DNA of 63,071 nucleotides, filler included, from Reticulomyxa filosa (lineage: Eukaryota; Protista; Foraminifera): NCBI GenBank assembly GCA_000512085.1. It is 24 parts of 24 records of this genome, joined end to end, with 100 filler letters (N's around TTAATTAATTAA, not from the genome) between each part and the next. Parts side by side here need not be neighbours in the genome. Positions count along the whole stretch, not along the records: positions 24,455 to 25,936 come from ASPP01028517.1; positions 26,037 to 28,450 come from ASPP01003786.1; positions 28,551 to 30,625 come from ASPP01018352.1; positions 30,726 to 32,236 come from ASPP01028365.1; positions 32,337 to 35,049 come from ASPP01012292.1; positions 35,150 to 37,823 come from ASPP01019683.1; 18 more parts are not named here. One strand, 5' to 3'. Position 1 is the stretch's first letter. The number at the start of each line of letters is the position of its first letter. The notes under the pieces are model-generated. The model saw nothing but the letters and a program-made list of their open reading frames with translations. It was not told the origin of the DNA and made no database searches. This document shows positions 24,455 to 37,320 of this stretch, piece after piece. The position numbers were made by a program, and so were the translations under genes.

Positions 24455-25936
24455 ATTCGAAAAGGTACGGGCCTATTTCCAGGCGATTGGAAGGGGAGTC
24501 GCTCTTTTTAATTGATGTTGGAAGCGGGGAATGCAGGCAGTCCACAGCTTCTTTCGTACGTGTCCTTTATTTTATTTATTTATTTTTTTGAGTCAATGAA
24601 ATCATCTTTCTCTATCTCTCCCTTGCCTCTTTCGACAAACATTAGACTTTGCTGCAAAAACTTAGGCATGTTGTTCGCAAGGTCTTGTTTTCGACGACTG
24701 AGGATCGTCTTCGGCGACATGCCATACTCGACGTGATGCGTTTGGATATGAATCGTTACAACTTGAAAATTCTATTTCCAAAAAAGAAAAGAAGAGATGG
24801 AGGGAGGAGGGAGGGAGAGAGATGGAGTTGTCAACAACAACAAAAAAAACAGACTTGGTCAGAAATGGCTCGGAGTCGGAATAAATGAAACCATGGAGTG
24901 GCTCTGAATGGAGTGTGCAATGACGAAATGGAACGAAGGAATTGCCGGCGTTCCAAAGGGTACATATCCGGCCACTCGATTTTGAACTGGTCTCGCCATA
25001 GCAAAGGAGACTGGGCTGCGAGCTTCCACGCGCGACAGACGGAATAAAATGACTTAATCATTTGTCCACGTGTCAGATACGAGCAAATGAGAAGATATAT
25101 GTCCAATGGAAGCCACTCCATTTCTTCGCCAACTGTTGGTGGTACATCAATCTTTACCTGCTGCAATTGCAATGTCTTTATATATCCTTGAATGCATTCT
25201 TTCGGGTCCTCTTCTGTCGTCCCTATCATCGATCGCAGCAATTGCAAAGGCCGTTCCTCTGTCGAGTCTTTGTTCACTCGCTCAAACATTAGCGTACCTT
25301 TTAACACATACTTTGACCCCTTTGTTACAACTAGGTCTTCATACCATACCTTTCGAGTTTTTAATTATATATATATATACATATATGTACATATACATAT
25401 ATATATATGTACATATATTAATTACTAAACATTGTGATGAAAAATGACACAGGTACCAGTGATTGATTTGACATCGCGAAAAGAATGAAATGCGTCATTG
25501 GTACAAAAGATTGGATGTTGATGGTTGTTCCAAAGCCTCGTGCTCCCTCCTTCAAAGTCTTCATTCAGATAGATCATTATGATGTACATGCTTTGCAAGT
25601 TTGGAGTGTCCACTTTGCCATCTTTTTTTTTTAATTGCAATGCACATTGCAAACGAACACTCTTTTTTTTGTTTGTTTGTTTGTTTGTTTGCTATTATTG
25701 GCAATCAAAAATGAATAGAAAACTGTATCTACGAAGACGGGAAGAGTGTCCCTTGGTATATTTGACCAACTGAAATGTGGGATTGACTGCGAAAGGAACC
25801 CAAATGTCGCCGTCGTCATTGGCACAGTCATCCAATTGCGATACCTTTGGAAATTGGATCATTTCTCGAGTCAAATGCTGCTTCAACTGCGACCACAAAT
25901 GCTCACTCATCACTTCATTCTTCACAAACAAGTGTA
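24455..25936 (-). CDS. 2OG-Fe(II) oxygenase-like (P4H-like, apparently inactive) plus F-box protein, possibly followed by an actin-like fold (fragment)
   Basis: Oxygenase strands: FQLVKYTKG..MIYLNEDFEGGST..GTCVIFHHN|VWYED..VTKGSKYVLKGTLMF. F-box: LPLDIYLLICSYL..VCRAWKLAAQSPLLW. Frame continues through introns 24772-24854 and about 24565-24661 into NFQVVTIHIQTHHVEYGMS. Confidence 0.75.
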
Positions 25937-26036
25937 NNNNNNNNNNNNNNNNNNNNNNNNNNNNNNNNNNNNNNNNNNNNTTAATTAATTAANNNNNNNN
26001 NNNNNNNNNNNNNNNNNNNNNNNNNNNNNNNNNNNN

Positions 26037-26439
26037 TTGCTATTCCTGTTGCTGTTGCTGTTCCTGTTGCTGTTCCTGTTTCTGTTGCTATTCCTGTTGC
26101 TGTTCCTGTTGCTATTCCTGTTGCTGTTTCTGTTGCTATTCCTGTTGCTGTTCCTGTTCCTGCTACGTGCTGGGCTCGCTTGAAGATTGCATCCTCGGCT
26201 ATCACGTCAGCAATCGACTCTATCGTTTGAATCTCTTCTTCTGACACTGTCTTGTCTTCATTCTCATCGTCCCTCTTTTTCGGGGGCTGCACTCGTTGGA
26301 CCTGTTCGATCTCCGCGATATCGTGTCCGTCCATATTCTCAAGCATTGCTTCGCATAATGTGGTTATGTCGTACGTATTCAGTACTGCTCCATTGCTGCT
26401 TAATATTTCTAACATCTATCAATTGTTATTATTATATAC

Positions 26440-26472
<33 letters not shown>

Positions 26473-27012
26473 CATATTTTCTTTTTTTGTCTGTTTTGGT
26501 ACACAGAAATTTCTATCAACTTCTCGCTCTCGCTCTTGCAATGCAAAGCTCAATGGAGACCGGTCATGACACATAACATTAGGATCTGCGGCATTCTTCA
26601 AAAGGATCTCATAGATCCACGACGAAACCTCGGGCTTGTTCGACATCATCGTCGTGCTGCTGCGTCTGCTGGTCAGCGACAACGACCGCGAATGCGGCAC
26701 GAGCAGGTCCACAGCGACGCGACCAGAGGGCAAGTTCACGTTGGTATCCGTGTCCGGGGTGTCAATTACAGGTCGTTGTTCGTATCTTGCCTGTTGTTGT
26801 CGCTTGTGAAAGCGCAGTCTCTCCTGTTGATGGACTTGCAAGGCATAATACAGCGGAGTAAATCCGTTTCGGTCCGTAAAGTTCAAAAATACGCGACGCT
26901 TTTTTTTCTTACTTATCTCAAACAACTTTTCCAATCCTTTGTGGTTCATTTGCTCTACCAAATGGAATACCACCGATTGTCCATTTTCATCCAACAAATT
27001 TGGATCAATGTC

Positions 27013-27047
<35 letters not shown>

Positions 27048-27587
27048 TAATTTCGGATATGTTTAAATTAAAAAAAAAAAAAAACCACATATACATGTAC
27101 GTATACGTATACGTACCATTTCGCAACAATAATCGGAAAATACGCCCTTCAGGATCAAACCCCGAATTCAACAAGGCAATGAGCAAAGGCTGTGCGTTGC
27201 TGATCATATAGGCATAGGCGCCAATGCGAATGTCTCGCCCTTGCTTTGCAGTGAGATTGATACAGCTTTGCCATGGAAACTTTCCGGGGTCGTCAATGTC
27301 CTTCAACACAACTCTCTTCTTACATGCTTGCAGCAGCTGGATTAGCGCGTGGACACCTACCAGTCCACATGCCTTCGACATATGGATTTCCATCCATTCT
27401 TGACTTGTGCCTTGGTCCAGCAGTAGCACCGAAGCTGCAAGTTTGCTTTTGATCATTCATTGCATCATGTTGTTATGTTGTTATGTTGTGTATGCGTATA
27501 TGTGTGTATGTGTTGTAAGACCTTACGACACAAAAGTGCAATAAGTAATGATCATTTTCGCAAAGAATTGACATGAACATATACACA

Positions 27588-27618
<31 letters not shown>

Positions 27619-28190
27619 GTATATGTGTATATATATGTACATATATGTATACATATATTTATATATATGCATGTTACAAAAGTTAAACTCAATCGAAATT
27701 TCGCTAAAATCATAGTCCATAGTGGAACCAAACCATGCACACAATTTCCAAACTCCCATTTCATTGTAGTCAATCTTATGTATTTTGTCTGTCCCTCTGA
27801 ATTGCGCTTTCAATCGCACTTCGTCAATTTCATGTCTAAAATTAATTCATTTCCCCCCCCCCCCACATAAACATATGTATGCATAATGATGTGTATATAA
27901 CATATACGTGTACACGTGCACAAGACTTTGTAAAAAAAAAAAAAAAAAATAAATAAATAAAAAAATTTTACAAATAAGGTGTCCAGTCGACTCTTGCCAT
28001 GACACAATTAAGCATGTATTCGATCCAAGTCTCATGTACCGTGCGTGCTTCCAATATCATACGAACAGATTGAAAAACCATATTGGTTACCGCAGCAAAT
28101 ATAGAAAGGTACAGTGACCTGTCCGCCACTGTCAGGGACGAGTGCACCACTCCAAAGGCAATCATCGATTGTAAAATTATTTGGGGTCTA
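26037..28190 (-). CDS. Ankyrin-repeat protein (multi-exon fragment)
   Basis: DPNLLDENGQSVVFHLV; NFTDRNGFTPLYYAL; ILLKNAADPNV..RSPLSFAL. TATGIA low-complexity repeat at the contig edge. Confidence 0.75.
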
Positions 28191-28393
28191 CATGTGTACA
28201 TATATATATATTTTTTTTTTTAAGAAAAGCATTATCACATTTGCGTATACGTGTATCTTTTGAGTATGTGCGTGTACTAGAAGACTTAACACTGATTCGA
28301 ACATTAAGTGAGCGACCGATCTTTGTCGTTTAAATCCCTATGGAAGAGAGAGACACATTATTTGTTTAGTAATTTTTTTAAAAAATTTGGTGA

Positions 28394-28431
<38 letters not shown>

Positions 28432-28550
28432 ACCAAACTTCCCAGTCCATNNNNNNNNNNNNNNNNNNNNNNNNNNNNNNNNNNNNNNNNNNNNTTAATT
28501 AATTAANNNNNNNNNNNNNNNNNNNNNNNNNNNNNNNNNNNNNNNNNNNN

Positions 28551-28620
28551 TCTCTATCTCGGTCTCTATCTCGATCTCCTCGATCTCCTCGATCTCCTCG
28601 ATCTCCTCGATCTCCTCGGT
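28551..28620 (-). repeat. 9-bp tandem repeat (CGAGGAGAT)x5 plus RD dipeptide repeat
   Basis: Directly visible; reads RGD/RD in one frame and RRS in another. Confidence 0.9.
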
Positions 28621-30595
28621 CTTGGTCCCTTCTTCTGTTTTCGTCCAAATTTCCTTTCTTCTCGATATTGATGAGAAGGGAAACGATCATACTTGCCTTG
28701 ATTTCTATCGATAGGAGGACGATTGTCTGGACGGCCATTGTCGACTCGTTGCGTGCCGGAGTAATCTCTTCTTTGCGGTTGTAATGGTATTTTGCCATTG
28801 TTTGCAAATGCCGTACCGTTCGTATCTCCTCGTGTCCGCAGTCGTGTAGCATTGGTGGATGTGGACTCCAATGGCGGAACTTCGGGGATTTTTTGAGTGG
28901 TCGTCACGTAACCTTTGCGAGACGCCTCAAACAATGCGCGTTTCAATAAGTGATTCACTCGCTCGTCTCGAGTGTTCACCCATATGAATTGGAACCATTG
29001 AATCCAATTTTTGCATTTTGTTATTTCCAAGCATGCTTCCTATGAAACATAAAAAAAAAAAAAAAAAAATGAAATAAAATTATATATACATTTATATATA
29101 TACTTATACCTCTATGCGCTTCGGAGCATTGATATCATATTCACCATATCTGTGGTTGAAATTGTCCAACAACTTTGCGAATGGCGGCTTGCCAAAGCGA
29201 TCAAAAAATGTGAACTGCAACATCAAAAGACGTCTTGACTGTTCAGTCGCGGCGAATGTCAATTGCAATCTGTCTTTGGCTGGGATTTGCAAATCTTCCA
29301 ATTGTTTGTGTACAGTGATATACGTGGCCACATCTCGACAAAGGTGTTCGTCAATGAATGTCCGACTTACAGCATTCCAATCCATATGGGGTACCACCAA
29401 CAAGCACATTAGCAACTTACCCAAATGTGGCCAATTTTCGCGGTTTCGTGACTCGGGGTCTGTGATAAACGTATTAATCACTTCTTCTGCATCTTGAGTC
29501 ATTTCGGGATACTTGGAATGCAAAAACAGCAATAAATGATGCAAGCACGACCATACTGACAAGCAGTGTTTTATTTGTCGTTGTTGCGGAATTTTGTTTT
29601 GAACAAATTGGTCATTTAACGAGGTAATAGTTCTTTTATTTGGTTGTTAAAAAAAACATACACACACACACACATCATCATCATGCATATACTCTAATTT
29701 AAAAAAAAACAAGCAAACAAACAAACATCTATAAAAGGGAGAGAGGGAGGAACTCAAGTTAATTGATATGTCAAAGCTATTTAAAGTGTAGATACTCAAC
29801 GCGTTCAAAAGCTCACAAATAACGTCCAATGCACTTCGAGAAGAAAAAGTTTGCTGAGGGGTTAATGATGCCAAATGCTGCTTGATTTCAACCAATGCTT
29901 TCTCAGCATATTCAGTATTAATAACAAGTGGCAAAAAGTGCGTGTATTTGATCTTCAAGGAGTCGATGCGAATGCCGAGCTTGGACCATGCCGGTAATGA
30001 AATGTAATCCGAAGAAACTTGAAGTTTAGAGATGTGTTTTTTTTTCGTTTTCTTTCCTGGAGACGTAGTTGCTTCGACTTGCAACATCATTCCAAGTATA
30101 GCTTTGCTGTACGGTTCTTTCGAATAGAAGCAGTGTAACTGGGATATGCGATCAATTGATTCACTTGTCAGCACAAAATTCCACAAGCCACAAACCTGAT
30201 CTGTTTATTCACATACATAACGTTATTTCCACGAGAGAAGTTCAAAATTTAGAGTTGGCTGTTCCACCCATCTTGGTCTTTGAAGATAGAAAGGGAGAGA
30301 AAGAGAAAAAAGAGAGAGAGAGAGAAGAGAATACAAATATCACATAACGGCATTGGGCCAATTCATGTTGTGTCAAATGTTTAAATATTGCCAAAACAAA
30401 GGTATGAAGAGGGTTAGCATTGGAATCTTGCACACCATAACGGAACAAATTAATCCATTCGACACTATCTCGTGTATCCCACAAGTATTGGCCTTTGTTT
30501 TGATGAGACACTTCTTCCACTGTCAGGTAATTGCCTAATTGGGGAATCGGAGTGGACAGTTCTGAAAAGTTTAGTTTCACCATCGCACACTATTT
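28551..30595 (-). CDS. F-box protein with an uncharacterised conserved helical domain and Arg-rich tail (fragment)
   Basis: F-box PLHTFVLAIFKHL..ELAQC|HQVCGLWNFV. Downstream motifs CFYSKE..ILG, HFLPLVIN, HHLLL, PHLGKLL, RLQLTF..SRRLLMLQ, ASRKGY. Confidence 0.6.
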
Positions 30596-30725
30596 TGAGG
30601 AAGAAAGAGGAGAAGAAAAAAAAAANNNNNNNNNNNNNNNNNNNNNNNNNNNNNNNNNNNNNNNNNNNNTTAATTAATTAANNNNNNNNNNNNNNNNNNN
30701 NNNNNNNNNNNNNNNNNNNNNNNNN

Positions 30726-31925
30726 AGCTGTTCACACTGCAACTTCTTGGATTGCAGTTTGCTTTGCTTTTCATGGGCCACTTTGAGATGATGCTCGAGT
30801 TCTTGGACTTGCATAATGTGATTGTCTCGAATTTTTTTCATTTTTAGCAAGATTTTTTGGCGTTCGCTGCAAAAGGAGCGAATATGCTCTTGTTTGGTGT
30901 CATTTTCACGACAGCGGTCAACTGCACCTGTATTTCGTCCATTTTGGCAAGGACTTGGCAACTTTCATTCTTCAAATCTTCAATGTCTCGATTCAAGACT
31001 CTTTCCAACTCTGCTTTTTTCTGTTCAACTGGTTCTCCGTCTCTTCGATTTGCTCACTGCCTTCGACCACCTTCTTTTGTTCGCTCTTGCATGTCTCGAT
31101 GGATTGCTCCACGTTCGCAATTGCGGTGTCGTTGCGCTTCTTCTTCGACTTTCGCATCTGCGTCTGTCCATTGGCCAAAATCGCAGACATGTAAGAAACT
31201 GGTTTAGACACTACCACATATCCTTTTTTCTCTAGACAGTGCAGTTGCTGGTCGTTGTCCTTCTCATCACCTCTATTACCATTGTTGCTGTTACCACTGA
31301 CACTACCCGTTGCATTCCTCGATTGGGGGATTGTGAACACCTTCTGACTATCTTCTTGAGATAGGTTGGTAAGCAACACATGCGCTTCACTCAGAGTTCC
31401 GTACACAGAGCTAAACCCAGGTTGCATCATGCCTACTATAATATTGGATATCCAATGATTGCTTGCTTTGAACAGATCGCTCACACAAAGTACAGGAAAA
31501 TGGAACGCGATTGAAGCAAGTGATGTGGTCTATTGCATTACATATACATGTATACATACATATATATGTATATATATTTGTTGGTCTGAAAATATAAAAA
31601 AAAACAATACGTTGGAAATAGCACGCACATAAATTAGAGACAATTGAATGTTACGCGAGGCCTTGTGAGGATCAAATTGTACATAGGTTTCAACGCTCGC
31701 AACAGTATCTCTTTGTAATCGGTCGCTGACAATGGCTTGAACACGTACCGCTGTTGCTTTGAGTCGAGCGGCACAAAGCGAAACATTTGCGCAGCAGCGC
31801 AACATCATCACCTCCAATGACATGTGTAAGTACTGCCCCAGCAGCAATTGGATGTTGTTACTATTCTTCTTATCCCACAGACTGGCATCGTCGACTCATT
31901 TTTTCACCAATTGCGTCTCGTATTC
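30726..31925 (-). CDS. Coiled-coil protein with SMC5/6-like hinge region (frameshifted fragment)
   Basis: LLLGQYL..VMML; FPVLCVSDLFKASNHWISNIIV..LSEAHVLL..KVFTI resembles SMC6 hinge elements and is followed by a heptad-rich coil. Two or three frame breaks. Confidence 0.4.
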
Positions 31926-32336
31926 TTTTATTATTATTATTTAAAAAAAAGGTGCATATTCTTTGTTGACTTCTGAAAATTGTTAAACTCAGTTTATGTA
32001 CAATTAAAAAGTATTTTTAAATTACTTATAGTAAATGCCATAATAATACTGAAAAAATATAAAATTATGATAAATATCGGGTACACTTTGATATTTTATC
32101 GTAGTGAAACCATTGTTTGGAGCAACACTAATCGTGGTCTAACTTTGTCAAAAATCAAAGTTATTCAACCGGAATTTCACCAATCGATTCAAAATAGTTT
32201 ATTCTAACGTCCTGAATTGGTTTAAACGATCCCATTNNNNNNNNNNNNNNNNNNNNNNNNNNNNNNNNNNNNNNNNNNNNTTAATTAATTAANNNNNNNN
32301 NNNNNNNNNNNNNNNNNNNNNNNNNNNNNNNNNNNN

Positions 32337-32375
<39 letters not shown>

Positions 32376-32376
<1 letters not shown>

Positions 32377-33282
32377 TTGGTGACAAAGCGTTGGAAGCAG
32401 CAAAGACATTTTCATTGCTACGTGATGATTGCGAGATAACAGAGGAAGCAAAAGAGATGATCGAAGTGTTATGGAAAGACAAAGGAATTCAACAAACGTA
32501 TAAAAAGAGAAGCCGATTTGGGGTGGTCGATTCCAGCGGATATTTCTTTAACGAAATCGAACGTATCGCTTCAGCTCACTATATCCCCAGTACAGAAGAT
32601 GTAATTCATTCCCGACACCGAACGACAGGAGTGGTCGATAAAACATTTGAGGTCGAAGGCACCCGATTACGCATATTCGATGTTGGTAAACTTGCATATT
32701 AACATATTACAATATTATATATATGTATATATATATAATATTGTAATATGTTAATATGCAATGCCAACAACGACAACAACAACAACAACAACAACAAAAG
32801 GTGGACAGAGAGCAGAACGTAAGAAGTGGATTCATTGCTTTACTGGTGTGACTGCAGTAATCTTTGTAGCGTCTTTGAGTGGGTATGACGAATCAATGTA
32901 TGAGGAAGAGATGGAAAATGTAATGCACGATTCATTGGACTTATTTTCGAGTATTTGCAAACGCTCATACTTTCAAAGTATGCCAATGATATTGTTCTTA
33001 AACAAGGTCGACCTGTTTAAGATCAAAATTGACAGCACGTCGGATTGCCATGTTCCTCTCACCGTTTGCTTCCCCGAGTATCAAGGCAAGCAAGAATACC
33101 CAGAATGCTTGCAATACATTCGCGAACAATTTATCAAATGCTTCAACAATCCCACACTCCCTCATTGCAGGCTCTTTGTCCATGTCACTTGTGCCATGGA
33201 CTCACAAAATGTCAAAACTGTTTTTCATGATGTCACTCACATTGTCATTCAGACCACTTTGTATCATGGAGGTTTTTCTTAA
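32376..33282 (+). CDS. Heterotrimeric G-protein alpha subunit (3' part)
   Basis: LWKDKGIQ, YIPSTEDVIHSRHRTTG, DVG|GQRAERKKWIHCF (intron 32686-32800), FLNKVD, VTCAMDSQNV; stop at 33282. Confidence 0.95.
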
Positions 33283-35149
33283 CTTATTTGCATTTTGTTT
33301 TATTTCTGCTTTGCTTTTCTTTCGTTTGTTTATTTGTAACTTGTTTATGTCTGTTTTTCTTGTTCTTCATCTTCCAACCGCAAAACACAATATGTAATAA
33401 CTATAATTGGTTGGCAGTCTTCTGTTTTGCTTAAAGCTTAAATCAATGAATCTTAAGAGATTCTAAATTTTTAAATATCCCGAAATATTTTACACGATAA
33501 ATGTGTTATTTGAAAAAGTTGCGATAACGAATTGCGAGTTTAATTTTTGTTCAAACAGTGACACAAACAATTATCTCAACAAAAACGATTTAAGATAATT
33601 AAACAATATATGTATTTTTCAAAAAATCTTATTGCTAATGATTTCATTGTATCAGTTTGCCTTTACAAAATGTTCAGTATTGTTGTTTTGGATCGTTTAA
33701 TTTCTGGATAATATGTTTTATACTGTCATTCATTTATGTCAAACTGTTAATAATTTGCGCCAACGTACCATTAATTGCCTTTTTTTTTAGCAAGAGTGAG
33801 ATCTTATCCAAGTTAAAATTGGCACCTCGTCCCAAAAGGAACACAGTACTATAATAAAAACAAAAAAAAAAGTATAATATCAACAAAACAGATCAAAAAA
33901 CTCACATTACTGCTTGTCAACTGCTAAATATAATATTCCCGTTTATGTGTCCGCATAATCTATTGTATACATTCTAACTCAGCAGCCAGATCTGTCAATT
34001 TGGTAAAATTGTTCTATTGATCGTTGAACACTATATATTATATATTTAAACGTACAAAATCAAAAATAAAAAAATTATTGTTTTTTTGGCTAATCTTTTG
34101 GCGATGATAGATCCAATAGAAAGATACTTTAGTTTGTATATATTATTGTCTTATAAAATTTTTTTTTAACTTGTTTACAAAAGTTCATCGGTAGCATGCA
34201 GTAGCAGTGACATTTGCTGACTTTTCTTGTTGATCTATGTCAATAGTTTTGTTCGTTGATTATTATTAACTTTTACTTCGTTGAATAAATCTTTCAAAAT
34301 CTCAATGTTCAGACAAATCAGATCTTTAGTGATGAAACAGTTGTCCAAAAGTAGCTTACTGAACGCCATTTTGTCATCATTTTGCAATACATGAACAAGA
34401 AATTGCAAACGCTCTTGTCGTGATAATTCACTAACTGATTGTTTTTACATTAAATTAAACAACACAAAGACAAAAACCTAAAAAAAAAGGACACTTTTAA
34501 AAACGTTCAACAAACAAATTTTGAAAAAATCAAAAAATGAGTTTGCAAACAGTATTTATGACGTGTGATATAACATGTGGACGCATTATTTCTTATAAAA
34601 AAAAAGGAACCTCCAAGTTGAAAAAGTTTACAAGGTCACGTTAAAAAAAACTACAAAATGAGTAGTGAAACTTCAACAGGAAAGGAGACAGCACCTTCAC
34701 ATCCAGTTAGGGTTGTTTTCTATTCGATGGGAGTTGAATAAGTTTTTTAGTGAATTATTGGCATGTCACAAAGCTCAAACTATCGGGCAACGAGTTAGGT
34801 GGCGTAAAGTTGCGAAAGGTGAAGAAGACAAAAGCCGAGGTCCAAAAAGAGCAAACACGGTTCGCACCCCAGCTTTGTGAAACATCTGAAGGTGTTAAAT
34901 AAATCCAATTAAAAAGTTCTTTTCATTTCATTTTTAAAAAAAATAATGAGGTAAGCAATTGCATGCAAGCTTTACGTGTACAAAAAAAAAAAATGGAAAA
35001 GACTATTACCGATTGGTAAAAGACACTTACTTTGAAAACTATTACGATCNNNNNNNNNNNNNNNNNNNNNNNNNNNNNNNNNNNNNNNNNNNNTTAATTA
35101 ATTAANNNNNNNNNNNNNNNNNNNNNNNNNNNNNNNNNNNNNNNNNNNN

Positions 35150-37130
35150 GTATTCACTCCGTCGCCTTTGTGATAAGAGACACATTTTGGCCTTGGATAA
35201 TTTGTCGTTATTGGAAATTCTATGCATCCATTCAGCAATTTTTGGATTGTCGATCCGATGAGGGAGGGCATCATTTGTAATTATTATTGACGTGTTCGCT
35301 GTTGTTTTTCTTTCTTGCTTTCTTGAGCGCCATCGAACATGTTGTCTGTAGTCAATAGTCGACCTCGGAGGCAGTTTGTCGAAGAAACGTATATCATCTT
35401 TGCCGAACGTAAGGCACACAACTCTTGCGCCGATGGGAGTAGGAAAATGCGATCAGCTATCTCTATCTATCTTTTTTCACGATTCAAAATCTAAGTTGCG
35501 AATGTGCGCACACATACGACCACTTTCGGAACGAGTGCTCAATCTCTGCGTTAACAAAATTAGAGCAATTTCCATAATGGCCGAGTGTTCTTTGTTTATT
35601 GGTGCCAGTTGACTGCATTTCGACCCAATCTTTGGTGCTTTGCCGCGCTAACAATTATCAGTAGAGATTTTTGTGAGCATATATTGATTGTAAACGTCCT
35701 TTCCCAATTGTTTGAATTGCCACCGACCAGCATTTTTCTATTGAGGCGCAGTATGGGAAGTTAGGAGACGCTCGCGAGTGGCGACTTTGCGCGTTTCCAG
35801 GCATGAGACACGATATGTGATGTTATCCACGTCCCGTGAGTGGCGAATTTGCGCTTTTCGGATATTAAAAACAATTTTATCCAAATTCAATAAGCCAGCC
35901 GACTACTTGTTTTTTGTTTTTTTTTTTCAAAAAAATCCAACGCGATGCGGACTTGGTATTCTTTTTCTTTTCTTTATCCTCGTTCTCCTTCTTCTCCTAA
36001 TCTTACTCTTCTTGCCTACTGGTGTCTTGATGCAAATTTTTCATAACTCTTCCACCGAATTGAACTAATCTCACGTGGAACGGTTATCCCGATATAGTGG
36101 TTTGCTCGACTGCAATGTTAAACATTTTCTAACGGCCTCCGTGTTCTAATCTTCCTCGCCCTCCACTTTTTCGGTCAATCTAGTCGCCACTGCCGTTGCG
36201 ACACCACAATGTTGGTATTGTCTTCACGTTGCGCGGTAGCAGCACGTTCTCCTTTTCTTTCTTTTTTCGATTATCTGGTGCGCATGGTGCTTTGTTCGCT
36301 ATGCGTAATCGTGTCTTTATACCATCGCTCTGTTTTTTTCTTTTATTTGTTACATTCGACAAGTCACACACATACATATTTACTTGCCAGCAAAAACTTG
36401 GCTAACTCCAACACATATAACAATTTGTGACTTACATCTTCCGTGGTGCCAGGTTAATGCTGCGATAAATGTCAGTAATGTTCTGTGCGCTTTTGCGCCA
36501 AAGTTCCGTGCATCAATTTTAACTTCAACGTTTTTGCTCCAGAGTTAATTCTGTCGTCTTTCATTTCTCTATTTATGTTTTCCACTGTCGGCCAGTCTAC
36601 TGCAATGTATAATCCTTTCTTCAAAGATTTTGACCAGAGAAGCCTGAATATGTAATTCCAATGCGCTTCTTCAAGTTTATAAACTCAATCAACCCGGAAC
36701 AACTATCTATCAATTTAAACACGTAAGGCAATGGTTAGTATACGTATCTTTTTCATTTTCCCATATTTCGTTGTTGGACTGGCTGATTTCCATGTGCGCT
36801 AAAAATCGTCTCAATGTATTTTTCTCACTGCGTTGATACTCCTTCGACAATTAAACAGTATGCCAACACAATCAGTCTAGTTCATATAAACACATACTTA
36901 AGCAATTTGCAACTTCGTTTGAACTATTTCTTCCAGCGACCCAGGTTTTTGCTCGAGCATGACGATCAAACACCGGACTATCCAACAGATTGACGCAGCG
37001 CTCTCGAATGGTCATCATTTCTTTCAATGCGATCCAAATTCACAGATCTTGCGCTTGTTGAATCCACGACGTCGCCACTTCCACATAACAATTTGACAAT
37101 GTTCGTGCGCTTGTACAACGCACTTCTTCC
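35150..37130 (-). pseudogene. Decayed coding sequence, possibly non-LTR ORF1 (gag-like)
   Basis: GC-richer, intron-less, stop-riddled sequence with remnant Cys/His pattern (APKIGSKCSQLAP; GNCSNF..EHS) at about 35520-35650. Confidence 0.35.
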
Positions 37131-37320
37131 AAGTTCCGGGAACAATCTCCCATTTTTTTTTCCAATTTTGTTCATTTTTTTTTATCTTTTTTTTATCTTT
37201 TTTTAATCTTTTTTCAATCTTTTTTTTTTTTTTCATAACTTTTCAATTTTTTTTTTTTCTCACATTGTCTTTTTTTTATTTTTATTTTTCAAATTTTTCA
37301 TTTTTTTTTTATTTTTCATC

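Noticed and set aside
24512-24888. Plus-strand ORFs suggesting a convergent overlapping gene
   Set aside because: Better explained as the antisense of spliced minus-strand exons of the F-box gene.
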